NCBI GenBank assembly: GCA_963719315.1
Contig: CAVRBU010000002.1
Location: 800,001 to 864,000 of the forward strand
Direction of reading: 5' to 3'
DNA from: an uncultured Planctomycetota bacterium
GTDB taxonomy: Bacteria > Planctomycetota > Planctomycetia > Pirellulales > Lacipirellulaceae
Length of the DNA stretch: 64,000 bases
Position 1 is the stretch's first letter; each line of letters begins with the position of its first letter. Under the pieces are notes generated by a model. It was not told where the DNA came from, searched no databases, and saw only the letters and a program-made list of their open reading frames with translations. Shown here piece by piece: positions 44,320-59,961 of this stretch. The translations under genes were made by a program, and so were the position numbers.

Positions 44320-45833
44320 CACCCGAGGAACGAGACATCTCGGAGCGCCTGCACGAGCTCGTGCTTTTCCAGTTGGAAGGAAGTCCGGCTGCAGACGAGC
44401 AGCGCGAGCTGACGCAACTTCTGCGCGATTACCCCTGGACTCAGGAACTATACATTGAATTCATTCAAGATACGGCGAGCTTGAGGTGGTGGAGCGCAAA
44501 CGTCTCCGAAACGATTGCGGGCCGCGAAATAGTGCCTATCACTCCCACCCGGAACTCGTCGCCGAGGCGCATGAGGACGGCCCTTCCGTTGATCGCGGCG
44601 CTAGCGGCCTCGGTGCTTGTCATACTCGGGGTGGCGTGGACGTCCCGTTTTCACAAGCAACCGTCCGTCAGCGACGCCGGGAAGCCGCCCGTAATTCAAA
44701 CGACAGAAGCACCACCAATACTTCCCGCCCCCAAAGCACAACCAGTGGAAGCAAGCCAGCCGTCAGGCGTGGCGGTCGTAACGCGGCTGCGCAGCGTCCA
44801 GTGGGCCAAGGGCGCCGGCAATGTGGTGGAATTGAGCCGGCTAGCCGTTGGTCAAGTGTTGCAATTCGAGCAGGGCGAGATGGAGATCGATTTCGATCAG
44901 GGCGTTAAGCTGGCCGTCCGTGGTCCGGCGCGGGTTGAAATTCGTTCGGCCAGCGAAGTATTTAGTACGTCTGGCGTACTTGCCGCGCGGGTGGGCAAAA
45001 CCGGCATCGGTTTCACGATCGTCACGCCGGCCGGCCGAATAACTGATCTCGGCACGGAGTTCGGCGTCGCGGTTGGTGATCAGGGCGCTACCGATGTGGC
45101 TGTTTTCCGCGGGGCAGTCGATCTGACCTACGGACCGCGGGCCAGCAAGCTCGAGCCGAGCATGAGTCGCCGGCTCGTGCAGGGTCAGGCATTGCGGCTT
45201 GACTCCGATGGACACATGCGGCGGTTGGTCTCCATCGACGACACCCGCTTTCCCAATGTTGATATCGCGTCAACTCCTAAGGGCGTGCACCGGCCGTCGA
45301 TCATCACGGATGTCCGCGACAATATTCGGGACGGCATGGATGCGAAGTTTTACCGCATCGTCCCTGGCGGGCTGCGCGAAGATGCACCGGCCTACGTGGA
45401 TCGAGAGCATCAGTGGAACGGCCTCGACGCCTCGGGAATTCCGCCCATCCTCCTGGGGGCAGACTACGTGATGCCATTCAACGGCGACAAGCTGCTGCCA
45501 AAGCTCAATGTCAGGGTGACGATCGGTCGCCCGGCCAGGTTATTCATCTTCTTGAGCGACGTGGCTCGAGTTCCCGCGTGGCTTACCAAGGATTTCGTGA
45601 AAACCGATCTGCGGATCGGATTGGATGAATCGGCGGAGTTTTCCAATCCCGCTTACAAACTGGCAGTCGGCGCAGGCAAGGGAATCAATACGAAGTTTTC
45701 GGTGTGGAGCAAGGAGATTCCTGAGCCGACGACAATTACGCTGGGCAGCATTCAACAGGGCAAGCGGGCTTGGGGCTTTTGCATGTACGGCATCGCGGCG
45801 GTGCCGCTGGAAGCCGCCAAGGACAAGGACTGA
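44316..45833 (+). CDS. FecR-domain anti-sigma factor
   Basis: N-terminal anti-sigma helices, one TM helix, TPAGRITDLGTEFGV..VFRGAV; overlaps the sigma-factor stop. Confidence 0.9.
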   Translation: MTPEERDISERLHELVLFQLEGSPAADEQRELTQLLRDYPWTQELYIEFIQDTASLRWWSANVSETIAGREIVPITPTRNSSPRRMRTALPLIAALAASVLVILGVAWTSRFHKQPSVSDAGKPPVIQTTEAPPILPAPKAQPVEASQPSGVAVVTRLRSVQWAKGAGNVVELSRLAVGQVLQFEQGEMEIDFDQGVKLAVRGPARVEIRSASEVFSTSGVLAARVGKTGIGFTIVTPAGRITDLGTEFGVAVGDQGATDVAVFRGAVDLTYGPRASKLEPSMSRRLVQGQALRLDSDGHMRRLVSIDDTRFPNVDIASTPKGVHRPSIITDVRDNIRDGMDAKFYRIVPGGLREDAPAYVDREHQWNGLDASGIPPILLGADYVMPFNGDKLLPKLNVRVTIGRPARLFIFLSDVARVPAWLTKDFVKTDLRIGLDESAEFSNPAYKLAVGAGKGINTKFSVWSKEIPEPTTITLGSIQQGKRAWGFCMYGIAAVPLEAAKDKD

Positions 45834-45855
45834 CGGGCGCAGAGAGAAATCAATC

Positions 45856-46923
45856 ATGCCGAACTTCTTGAGCAGCGATCACCATCGGAACAACCGATCG
45901 GGCTTTACCCTGGTCGAGTTGCTCGTGGTCATCGCGATCATCGGAATCCTGGTTGCGCTATTGCTGCCGGCGGTGCAAGCGGCTCGCGAAGCGGCGCGCC
46001 GGACGCAGTGCGTTAACCATCTCAAGCAGCTTAGCCTAGCCACGCACAACTATCTCTCGGCCCGCAAGACGTTTCCTCCCGGCGGCCACCTGTGTGAAAT
46101 CCAAGGGTTTTATCAGCAGACCATTCCGTACGTTGAAGATGAGAACTTGTACGACCAGTTAGACACTTCGAAGAACCTCTGGTCGAGACGAAGTGTGAAC
46201 GCGGCGAATGCCGATCTAATCGCCAAATGGGATCCGCCCTATTTGTTCTGCCCGTCCAGCAGCCTTCCAACGCGGATCATTGGCGCGGTGGGCGGTAGCA
46301 ACATCGACAACACGAACGCGGACATGGAGGGTCATCCGATCGCGATGTACGTTGGAATTGCCGGCGCCACCGACGGCGCCACCAACAGCGCTGTTTACCG
46401 GCAATGCACCAATGCGTCGCGAGGCATTTATTGTCGCAATGGAATCATTTACGACGAAAGTTACACGAAACCTAAGGAAATAATCGACGGACTATCGAAG
46501 ACATTACTGCTCGGCGAACAATCGGATTGGGGCCAACAACGAACTTTGACGATCGGCCAGCAGCGCGATATCCGCAGCGGCACAACGGGCGGGCCATTCA
46601 GCAGTACCTGCCATGAGATTTGGGTTAGCAATAAGACAAATCCTCAGCCGTTTCAATTGAGCGAACTCACCGGTAAGAATATCTATTTTTACAATTTGAC
46701 GGCAGTTCGCTATGCCATCAACGACAAGGAATGGACATCGTTACGGACCGCCGGTAAAAGCGATTTCGGAGAGTTGAACAAAGCCATTCAGTCCGCCCAT
46801 TCCGGCGGAGCAAATGTCTCGTTTGCCGATGGAAGCGTTCGATTTCTGGATGAGAATATCGCGCTGGGCGTTCTCTTGGCGCTCGCCGCCCGCAATGACG
46901 ACGTCGTTGTCGATCTGCCATAG
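45856..46923 (+). CDS. DUF1559 prepilin-like protein
   Basis: GFTLVELLVVIAIIGILVALLLPAVQAAREAARR, CPS, DGLSKT and SAHSGGANVSFADGSV. Confidence 0.95.
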   Translation: MPNFLSSDHHRNNRSGFTLVELLVVIAIIGILVALLLPAVQAAREAARRTQCVNHLKQLSLATHNYLSARKTFPPGGHLCEIQGFYQQTIPYVEDENLYDQLDTSKNLWSRRSVNAANADLIAKWDPPYLFCPSSSLPTRIIGAVGGSNIDNTNADMEGHPIAMYVGIAGATDGATNSAVYRQCTNASRGIYCRNGIIYDESYTKPKEIIDGLSKTLLLGEQSDWGQQRTLTIGQQRDIRSGTTGGPFSSTCHEIWVSNKTNPQPFQLSELTGKNIYFYNLTAVRYAINDKEWTSLRTAGKSDFGELNKAIQSAHSGGANVSFADGSVRFLDENIALGVLLALAARNDDVVVDLP

Positions 46924-46930
46924 TTGAGAC

Positions 46931-47455
46931 GTGCGAAGTGGGTCAATCCACTCTTTTTTTATGGTCGTTCCGCTGAGTTTTGTGGCTTCGCAATATCGGC
47001 ATCGTCGACCGGGTCGCCGCGGTAGAGCCCGCTTGATGCTAAGTGCGCTATTGCTCGGAGCCATCGCTGGTTGCGGAAAGTCACATCGGCCGGAGGGAAT
47101 CGTCAACGGAATCGTATCATTCGATTCGCAACCAGTTGCCGAAGGACATGTCGTCTTCGAGAATCGTAGCATGGGCTGGCTGCGGGTCGCGGAACTCGAC
47201 TCAGAAGGACGATACCAAATAGCGAATGTGCCGTTTGGCGAGTACACTGTTACTATTCAACCACTCGAACCGAAGCGCCTGGACGAAACAACTGGGAGTC
47301 CGGCAGAAATTCGAGCTCAAATGGCAACAGCCAAAGCGCCGGACCCCAAGAACATCCCACGACCGTATCGAGCATTCGAAACGAGCCCTCTGAAACGAAG
47401 CGTAAAGGCCGGTAACAATGAGTTCAATTTCGAGCTGACCGAGAAATCAAAATAG
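46931..47455 (+). CDS. Lipoprotein with carboxypeptidase-regulatory-like (Ig) domain, DUF1559 partner
   Basis: Lipobox AIAGC; VNGIVSFD, GEYTVTI, IPRPY...SPL...NEFNFEL. Start uncertain. Confidence 0.85.
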   Translation: MRSGSIHSFFMVVPLSFVASQYRHRRPGRRGRARLMLSALLLGAIAGCGKSHRPEGIVNGIVSFDSQPVAEGHVVFENRSMGWLRVAELDSEGRYQIANVPFGEYTVTIQPLEPKRLDETTGSPAEIRAQMATAKAPDPKNIPRPYRAFETSPLKRSVKAGNNEFNFELTEKSK

Positions 47456-47464
47456 ACTGCCCCA

Positions 47465-48745
47465 ATGAGTGCTCAATCTCGGCGCGAGTTTCTGCGAAGT
47501 GTGGCGTTGGCCGCGCCTGGAGTCGGCGCAATTGCCCCTCGCTTTCTGTGGGCGGGGGGAAATGCGACCGACCAAGCGCTGCCGCCTGTTCGCCAAATCA
47601 CGAAGGGGCCGCGGTTTCATTGGTTCGGCTACTACGACAAGTTCCAGTTCTCGCCCGACAATCGCTTCGTGCTTGGCAACCAGGTCGGTTTCGAACACCG
47701 CACGCCGAATCCGGACGAAGTCATTCAGGTCGGGATGGTGGATACGCACGACGGCGACAAGTGGATTGAACTTGGTGAAACGCGGGCCTGGTGCTGGCAG
47801 CAGGGGTGCATGCTGCAATGGATTCCTGGCAGCAAAAGCGAAATCATCTGGAACGATCGCAACGGCGACGATTTCATCGCGCACATTCTGAATGTCGAAA
47901 CGAACAAGAAACGCACGCTGCCGCACCCGATCTACAACATCAGCCCGGACGGCAAGACGGCCATCGCGCCGAGCTTTTCGCGGCTGCACGATCGTCGCCC
48001 CGGCTATGGCTACGCCGGCGTACCCGATCCGTGTCGAGACGCCGCCGCGCCCGAAGAGATTGGCCTTTGGCAAATCGATATGCAATCCGGTATGCAAAAG
48101 TTGCTGTTCAGCTTGGCCGACGCGAAGGCGATCCCTTATACCGGCAATCCGCGAATGGCCTTTTCGGACAAGGCCCGGCATTGGTTCAACCACCTCCTGT
48201 TCAATCCGGATGGCGGCCGTTTTTTCTTCCTGCACCGATGGGAGCTCCCCAAAGGCAACTTCGGTACTCGGGCGTTTACGATCAACGCCGACGGCACCGA
48301 CCCGTTCATTCTCGATACCTTCGGTTATACGTCGCACTTCATTTGGCGCGATCCGCAGCACGTGATGGCGTGGTCGTGGCATCCGTCGCACAAAGCCAGC
48401 TTTTATCTGTACACCGACCAGACCGACATCGTCGAACAAGTCGGGGCCAATGTAATGACGGAGAACGGCCATAACACCTACGTGCCCGGCACCAATAGCC
48501 AACTGGTGTTGTGCGATACATACCCCGACGCCAAGCGGCTGCAGCATCCCTATCTCTATTCCATCGCCAGCAACCGCAAGTTGCCACTCGGCCATTTCCA
48601 CAGCCCGCCGGCGTACACGGGCGAGTGGCGGTGCGACACGCACCCGCGCAACAGTCGCGACGGCAAATTGGTGTGCATCGATTCGCCCCACAACGGCGGC
48701 CGGCAGATGTATCTCATCGATATCAGCGCGCTTGTCCAAGCCTGA
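47465..48745 (+). CDS. Tat-exported beta-propeller protein (oligogalacturonate-lyase/TolB-like)
   Basis: SRREFL Tat motif; HWFGYYD, WCWQQG, WFNHLLFNPDG and RCDTHPR. Confidence 0.75.
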   Translation: MSAQSRREFLRSVALAAPGVGAIAPRFLWAGGNATDQALPPVRQITKGPRFHWFGYYDKFQFSPDNRFVLGNQVGFEHRTPNPDEVIQVGMVDTHDGDKWIELGETRAWCWQQGCMLQWIPGSKSEIIWNDRNGDDFIAHILNVETNKKRTLPHPIYNISPDGKTAIAPSFSRLHDRRPGYGYAGVPDPCRDAAAPEEIGLWQIDMQSGMQKLLFSLADAKAIPYTGNPRMAFSDKARHWFNHLLFNPDGGRFFFLHRWELPKGNFGTRAFTINADGTDPFILDTFGYTSHFIWRDPQHVMAWSWHPSHKASFYLYTDQTDIVEQVGANVMTENGHNTYVPGTNSQLVLCDTYPDAKRLQHPYLYSIASNRKLPLGHFHSPPAYTGEWRCDTHPRNSRDGKLVCIDSPHNGGRQMYLIDISALVQA

Positions 48746-48878
48746 CATTGCGGTGCCACGCCAGGCACAATCTCCACGGCTGAACATGCGGCAATCATCT
48801 TGCAGTAATAGCCTCTGCGGATAATACTGGTCCAGCTCGCTACGCACGCTTGCCCCAATACAATCGCCCGCGCCGTTC

Positions 48879-50264
48879 ATGCAAGAACCCACAACACCGC
48901 ACCTCGATCGCGGACTGACCTTGTCGCACGCCACGTCGTTGAACGTGGCCAATATGCTGGGCGCTGGACCGTTTTTCACGATGCCGGTCATCCTGGCGAC
49001 GATGGGTGGACCGCAGTGCATGATCGGTTGGCTCGTGGCAATGCTGATTGTCATGTGCGACGGGTTGGTTTGGGCCGAGCTTGGCGCCGCGCTGCCCGGC
49101 AGCGGCGGCACATACAACTACTTGCGCGAAATCTTCAAAGGTTCGGCCTGGGGGCGATTCCTTCCCTTCCTCTTTATTTGGCAGTTCCTTGTCAGCGGCA
49201 CACTCGAGGTCGCGTCGGGCTACATTGCCGCGTCGCAATTCGTACTGTCGCTGTGGCCGGCCGCTGGAGCGAAACTTCGCGCATGGGGGCTGCCCGAGTC
49301 GGCCGTCATCGGACTGCCGGCCAGCATCTTGGTTCTGATCATCTTCCTCACGCTCTGCCAACGCATCCGATCCCTCGGTCGATTGGTAAATTTCATCATC
49401 CTCGGCGTGCTGGCCGCGGTGGGTACGGTGATCGTACTGGGGATTCGGAATTTCGATGCCGGCTTGATTACTTTTCCGGCCGGTGCTTTTCACGTCGACA
49501 AGAAATTCATGATGGGCCTCGGTCTCGCCACGAGCGTCGCAGTGTACGACTACTTAGGCTATTACAATATTTGCAATTTGGGGGAAGAAGTTCGCGCGCT
49601 GACCAAAACAATACCCCGCTCGGTGCTGCTCTCGATCGTGATCGTTGCTGCGATTTACGTGGCGATGAATCTGGCGTTCATCGGCGTCCTGCCGTGGCAA
49701 GAAATCGTGAAAGAAGGCACGCTTGCCAATAAGAACGTCGCTGGCGCGTTTATAACCAAGCTCGTCGGCGAGCGGGCCGCCATTATGTTTACCGGCCTGG
49801 TCGTTTGGACGTGCCTGGCGAGCGTGTTTGCAATGACGCTCGGTTACTCGCGAATTCTTTACGCCGCCGCCAAAAATGGGGACTTTTTCTCTTTCTTTGC
49901 AAAACTCCACCCGACGCGGCACTACCCCTGGTCTTCGCTCGCCCTGCTGAGTGCGATCACGGCGGTTCTCTGTTTTTTCCCGCTCGACAAAGTCGTGCCG
50001 GCCGCCGTCGTCGTGCGAATCGTGATTCAATTCATCGGCCAAATCTTTGCACTCCACGTCGCCCGCCGCAGCGGCAACTATGTGATGCCGTTTCGAATGT
50101 GGCTCTATCCTTTGCCCAGCCTGCTCGCACTAATCGGTTGGGTGTTGCTCCTGGCCAGCAGCGAATGGTACTTACTCAGCATCCTGATTCTTGTTTACGG
50201 CAGCGGGTTACTCGCGTACATCGTTCGCGACCAGTTCATGCCGCCCGCCGATGCTGCGGCATGA
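48879..50264 (+). CDS. APC-family amino acid/polyamine permease
   Basis: About 12 TM helices; MLGAGPF, AELGAALPGSGG and YSRILYAAA. Confidence 0.9.
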   Translation: MQEPTTPHLDRGLTLSHATSLNVANMLGAGPFFTMPVILATMGGPQCMIGWLVAMLIVMCDGLVWAELGAALPGSGGTYNYLREIFKGSAWGRFLPFLFIWQFLVSGTLEVASGYIAASQFVLSLWPAAGAKLRAWGLPESAVIGLPASILVLIIFLTLCQRIRSLGRLVNFIILGVLAAVGTVIVLGIRNFDAGLITFPAGAFHVDKKFMMGLGLATSVAVYDYLGYYNICNLGEEVRALTKTIPRSVLLSIVIVAAIYVAMNLAFIGVLPWQEIVKEGTLANKNVAGAFITKLVGERAAIMFTGLVVWTCLASVFAMTLGYSRILYAAAKNGDFFSFFAKLHPTRHYPWSSLALLSAITAVLCFFPLDKVVPAAVVVRIVIQFIGQIFALHVARRSGNYVMPFRMWLYPLPSLLALIGWVLLLASSEWYLLSILILVYGSGLLAYIVRDQFMPPADAAA

Positions 50265-50282
50265 CGCTGCCACGGCGCAGCA

Positions 50283-51311
50283 TTACTTCATCTGCCAGTG
50301 GTCGCCCGATTCGAGCAGTGATTTCGGCCCATCGCCATTGAGCCAGACTTTCGCTTGAGTATCGTGCCGCAGGTAGGCGTCCCAAAACGCAGTGCTTAAG
50401 GCCAAGATGACCCGGTGATGATTTGGGTTGCGTTTTTCCTTGTCGCCGGGGAGCGGGCGATCGGTGAATGCGGAGTGTTCGGCGTTATCGAGTACGAGCT
50501 CGTACTTCGCACCGGGCGGCAGCGCGGGAAATACCGACAATCGCGATTTGACGTCCTGGTCGCCGATCGGCGCGATATCCTTTGTGCCTGTCATCAGCAT
50601 CCAGGGAATCTTCACGTCGCCGAACGCCTGTTTCGTATCGCGGTTACGTGGCGCGCTCGGGCTGAAGGCAATGGCCGCCTTGATCCGCTTGTCGGTTAAT
50701 GAAGTCCCGCTCAGTGACAATCGCTGGCCGCTGACGGCTTGCGTCGTGACGGCGCCAAACGAATGGCCGGACATGCCGACGTGGTCCAGGCCCATCCGCC
50801 CCTTCAATTCGTTCCCTTCCGCTTGGTTCCAGCGCTCGAGCTGGTCGAGCACGGCGAGCACGTCCTTCGCACGCAGCAAGAAGTTTTTCAGGTCCGCGGC
50901 CTGCCGCATCGCCGACATCCGCTCGCCGATTGCTTTGTTTTTCCAGACTGAATCGTCGCTTCCAGGATGTTGCATGAACACGGCCACATATCCGCGCGCC
51001 GCCCAATGCTGGCCCAGATAGGCGGAGTTCTCGCGCGTGCCGCCCAGTCCGTGGCTGAATAGCACTACGGGCGCTGGCGACTTCGTCGCCGGGAGATAGA
51101 TGCGCAGCGGAATCTCGCGCGAGCGGGCATCATCCTTGACGACAATATCGAGCGACTTGACCATCGGCTCTTTCGACAATTTCAATGGATCGTATTTTTC
51201 GTTCGCGGCCGATGTCATTTGTGGCACAAACGCCATGGTTAGCAGCATCATTCGCAAGCAGAAGCAATTCGACCGGTAGTAGAATGACCACAAAAAGGCA
51301 CGAATAGGCAC
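50283..51311 (-). CDS. Alpha/beta hydrolase (predicted dienelactone hydrolase family)
   Basis: FSHGLGG, QHPGSD, GHSFG, GTKD and AEHSAF. Start may be 51251. Confidence 0.88.
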   Translation of the reverse strand: MPIRAFLWSFYYRSNCFCLRMMLLTMAFVPQMTSAANEKYDPLKLSKEPMVKSLDIVVKDDARSREIPLRIYLPATKSPAPVVLFSHGLGGTRENSAYLGQHWAARGYVAVFMQHPGSDDSVWKNKAIGERMSAMRQAADLKNFLLRAKDVLAVLDQLERWNQAEGNELKGRMGLDHVGMSGHSFGAVTTQAVSGQRLSLSGTSLTDKRIKAAIAFSPSAPRNRDTKQAFGDVKIPWMLMTGTKDIAPIGDQDVKSRLSVFPALPPGAKYELVLDNAEHSAFTDRPLPGDKEKRNPNHHRVILALSTAFWDAYLRHDTQAKVWLNGDGPKSLLESGDHWQMK

Positions 51312-51377
51312 AACAAGTTCCTCCTAATCAATGATCCACCTATTGTCGAGAAGGTATCGAGTTTGGGTAGAAAACCG

Positions 51378-51409
51378 TGGTGGGTCTCGCAGACTCGACC
51401 CGCCCTACG
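51378..51409. repeat. GTAG-family REP
   Basis: Reverse complement reads CGTAGGGCGGGTCGAGTCTGCGAGACCCACC. Confidence 0.65.
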
Positions 51410-51435
51410 TAATCCTAGAGTTCTTTTACGACCGG

Positions 51436-51759
51436 TTACGCCACTTCCGTTCCGTGAGGCTTTCCTCTGGTGGTCGTGACTTGACTTGACGACCAAGGCG
51501 GTAGAGGTACCTGGTGAGCCTGTCGGCGGTCATCTGGGAGATTTTTCCGTTGAGCAACTCGCTGACCCGGGACTGGGTGACGTTCGAGCAGCTTTTCCAA
51601 TTGCCGGGAAGTCAATTTCTGCTTCTGGACCACCTTCATGATTTCATTGTGCAGCGATAGTTTCAGTTCGAGGACGGTCGCTTGCTCCTTGGAGAAGCCC
51701 AAGTCCTCGAAGAGTTTGTCTGTTGAGACGTGCGTTGGTTTAGTTGTATTTGCGTGCAT
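51436..51759 (-). CDS. XRE/HTH_37 antitoxin-like regulator with apparent compensating frameshifts
   Basis: LFEDLGF..A..LELK; the HTH VTQSRVSELLNGKISQMTADRL is in a shifted frame between about 51585 and 51485. Confidence 0.7.
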   Translation of the reverse strand: MHANTTKPTHVSTDKLFEDLGFSKEQATVLELKLSLHNEIMKVVQKQKLTSRQLEKLLERHPVPGQRVAQRKNLPDDRRQAHQVPLPPWSSSQVTTTRGKPHGTEVA

Positions 51760-51855
51760 TTTTCTTTTCCCCTTGCGATCTCGGGAAATGGAGGAAAGAC
51801 GGGGGCGAGATTCAAATCGAGGAGAAACGGACATTTGCTGAACTTTGCGCCGCCT

Positions 51856-53289
51856 TCACCCGACGATTTCGTTTACGACGTTGCCGGCCACATCGGTCAG
51901 GCGGAAATGGCGGCCTGCGTAGCGATATGTCAGCTCGTGGTGGTTCAAACCGAGGAGGTGCAGGACCGTGGCGTGTAGATCGTGCATGTGGACTTTCTCG
52001 TCGATGGCCAGGTGGCCGAATTCATCGGTTACGCCGTACGAGAATCCGGGCTTCACGCCGCCGCCGGCGAGCCAGACGGTGAAGCCGTTTGGGTTGTGGT
52101 CACGGCCGGTGCCGTTGTCTTGGGCGAACGGGTTGCGGCCGAACTCGCCGCCCCACCACACGAGTGTATCGTCCAGCAAACCGCGCTGCTTGAGGTCGTT
52201 GAGCAGCCCGGCGATCGGCTTATCGACCGCTTTCGCGTGCTTGGCGTGCTTGGGCATGTCGGAATGTTGATCCCAGGCGGGGTTATTCGAGTTATCGGAA
52301 TAGGTGACCTGAATATAGCGGACACCGGCCTCGGCCAGCCGCCGGGCCATCAGGCATTGCCGGCCGTAGTTATCCGTCGCGGGCTGGTTGACGCCGTATA
52401 GGTCGAGCGTCGCGCGGCTCTCGCGTGACAGATCGAGCACGTTCGGCGCGTGGTGCTGCATGCGAAACGCGAGCTCGTATGAATCGATTACTGCCTCCAG
52501 ATCTGAGTCGCCGGGGCGCGTCTTGAGCTGTGCGCGGTTCAGCGATTGCACGAGATCGAACTGCGCCTGCTGCGCCTGCGGCGAGCGCTCGCTGTTGAGC
52601 AGGTAACGAATTTGCGAATCCTTGGCAGGCAGGCCGGCCCGGCCGATGGCCGTGCCTTGGTGCACGGCCGGCAAGAACGCGCAGCCGTAGTTCCGCGGGC
52701 CGCCGTTGGCCATGGCGGGCGACAGGACGACGAATGCCGGCAGGTTTTCATTTTCCGTTCCAAGGCCGTAGCTGATCCACGAACCGACCGAAGGCCGCAC
52801 GAGGTTTGTGGAACCGGTGTGCAGGAACAGCGTCGCCGGTCCGTGGGCCACGCCCTCAGTGTGCATACCGTGCAGAAAGCAGAGGTCGTCGACGCAGTTC
52901 GCGAGCTCGGGAAATAAATCGGACGTCCATTTGCCGCTTTGGCCGCGTTGGCGGAACTTCCACAGCGACTTCATGACGCGGGCTTCGGTGCCTTTGCCGC
53001 TCCGGGCGAGGCTGCGGGCGTCGTCGAACTCGCGCATTTTGCCGTCTTCGCGGTCGAGCGTGGGTTTGTAATCGAAGCTATCGACTTGGCTCACGCCGCC
53101 GGCCATGAACAAGAAAATGACTCGCTTGGCGCGCGGGGCGATGTGCGTAGCCTTCGCCGCCAATACGCTGGCGGCCGACGCTTGTTGGTTCGCCAGGCCG
53201 GCCAGGGCGATCGAACCAAAGCCGCACGCCAGATCCTGCAACATGCGGCGGCGCGTCGTCAGGGGCAAGAAATTACCGCAACATGACAT
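51856..53289 (-). CDS. DUF1501 domain protein
   Basis: Tat-like TRRRML; KRVIFLFMAGGVSQVDSFDYKP, WDQH, GEFGR, GRDHN and RLTDVAG. Confidence 0.93.
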   Translation of the reverse strand: MSCCGNFLPLTTRRRMLQDLACGFGSIALAGLANQQASAASVLAAKATHIAPRAKRVIFLFMAGGVSQVDSFDYKPTLDREDGKMREFDDARSLARSGKGTEARVMKSLWKFRQRGQSGKWTSDLFPELANCVDDLCFLHGMHTEGVAHGPATLFLHTGSTNLVRPSVGSWISYGLGTENENLPAFVVLSPAMANGGPRNYGCAFLPAVHQGTAIGRAGLPAKDSQIRYLLNSERSPQAQQAQFDLVQSLNRAQLKTRPGDSDLEAVIDSYELAFRMQHHAPNVLDLSRESRATLDLYGVNQPATDNYGRQCLMARRLAEAGVRYIQVTYSDNSNNPAWDQHSDMPKHAKHAKAVDKPIAGLLNDLKQRGLLDDTLVWWGGEFGRNPFAQDNGTGRDHNPNGFTVWLAGGGVKPGFSYGVTDEFGHLAIDEKVHMHDLHATVLHLLGLNHHELTYRYAGRHFRLTDVAGNVVNEIVG

Positions 53290-53477
53290 GGTAAATATCT
53301 CCGCTCAACCGACTCCTGATCAAATTCCATTCATAAACCGCCGAGGACGCCAAGAACGCCAAGAAATACTTGAAGCATTTTCAAAACCGCTCTTCATGGT
53401 CGATGAATTTGCAAAAATTCAGTGGATTGCGACGTTCTCTGAATTCTTGCGAATTCAGCTACGCTTTGAAACTGCTT

Positions 53478-55865
<2,388 letters not shown>

Positions 55866-56029
55866 CGCCCGATTAGCGTCGCAATAACGCTCCGCACCAC
55901 TTCGAGTTCAAGATAAACGCCGGGCTTTATCGTAATCCATCGCAAGGCTCGTTAAAAGACTTCTCAGAACCTGATCGGCGGGAATACCTCGACCGCCCGG
56001 AGATACACGGCACGTTGCCGTTCGACCGT

Positions 56030-57278
56030 TTAGCCGTTGCCAATCAGTCGATCGAACTCGGCCTCGTCGATTATCCGCACGCCGAGTTGGGTGGCCTTTT
56101 CGAGCTTGCTGCCCGCCTTTTCGCCGGCGACTAAATAATCGGTGTTCTTTGAAACGCTGCTCGCGGCGTGGCCGCCGTGCTTCACGATGAGCGCCTCGAT
56201 TTCGTCGCGCTTGTATTTAGCGAGCGTGCCGGTGACGACCAGCGTTTTGCCGGCAAAAAGGTCGCTTTGTATGGAACTTGATCTTTCGATTTGTTCCTGG
56301 CGTTTTAGATTTGCTGCTTGCTTTTTACGACGATCACTCAGATAGAGAGATGTTTGTGTGGAGGTACTACAATTTGGGCTTATCGAAACTCTATCTGCCA
56401 CCTGCCAGAAATCCCGCTCGTGAACTACGTCTATTCTTTGACCGTTGCATCGTCGATGTAGCGCCTCTTCAATTTTTCTGCCATAGCAAGCAAAGGCCCA
56501 GCAGGGATTACCCCGAGATCCAACAACTAAGTAGTTTGTGTCTTCTCGAATACCCTTATGAAAAACTCCTCCTCGTTGAATTACGACTACCTCCAGCTCT
56601 CTTTTTGAACCCCGCTCCGAAGCCCCGGTGAAGCAAAAGCCATGGCTTGGAAACGCGATTTCCGGACAGTTGGCACACACACCACTTACGGTAGCTCCCG
56701 CCTCAAGCGCACCGACTGCTTTTCGTTCACCATTCGCAAAGAACTCGCCAAATAGCTGCAGCAAGGCTTCGTGTTCTTGTGCATCAATTCGGCCATCACG
56801 CATCACGTGCTCGATAATTCCGTATAAATAATCAAATGGCCAGCAGCCCCGCAGGTATGAACGGTCCTTAATCCAGCTTTCGAGGCCTCCTATTTCTCCT
56901 TCGGTAATCTTTCCATCAGAAAGAATACCGGCCAGCATCCCTTGCAAGCGCTGCAAATCCGACGTAACGTCGTCGTAGTATTCGTCCTCCGTAGTAAACT
57001 TACTGGACAACCAAAGCAGATCCGCGCGTTCCTCTTCATCCGCAATCCCATCACTAATGATGCGCTGGATTTTTGGAATAACTTCATTAAATGGATGCCG
57101 GTCTGCGAATTCTTTGTGTCCGGAAATCCATTGCATGAGCCGCTTCAATTCAATGTCTTGAATTTTTGAATCAGCAGCGATTCCGCGAACGTATCCCTCC
57201 AGAATATGCATGTCGCGCGAAAGTCGCGCTCTTCCCGTAAACCGGAAGTATTCATCATGTTCACTGCTCTCATCACGA

Positions 57279-57292
<14 letters not shown>
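56030..57292 (-). CDS. Two TerB-like helical repeats + BRCT + LigA-type BRCT protein
   Basis: G..ADG/SDG..E helical repeats; BRCT FCFTG...GG..TNYLVVG..YGRKIE; terminal [10 protein letters not shown]...[22 protein letters not shown]. Confidence 0.85.

Positions 57293-59961
<2,669 letters not shown>

Noticed and set aside
47447..49117. Long antisense ORFs (also 35884-37260, 54711-55916, 11532-12677)
   Set aside because: They lie opposite well-supported genes and have no recognisable motifs; expected in high-GC DNA.
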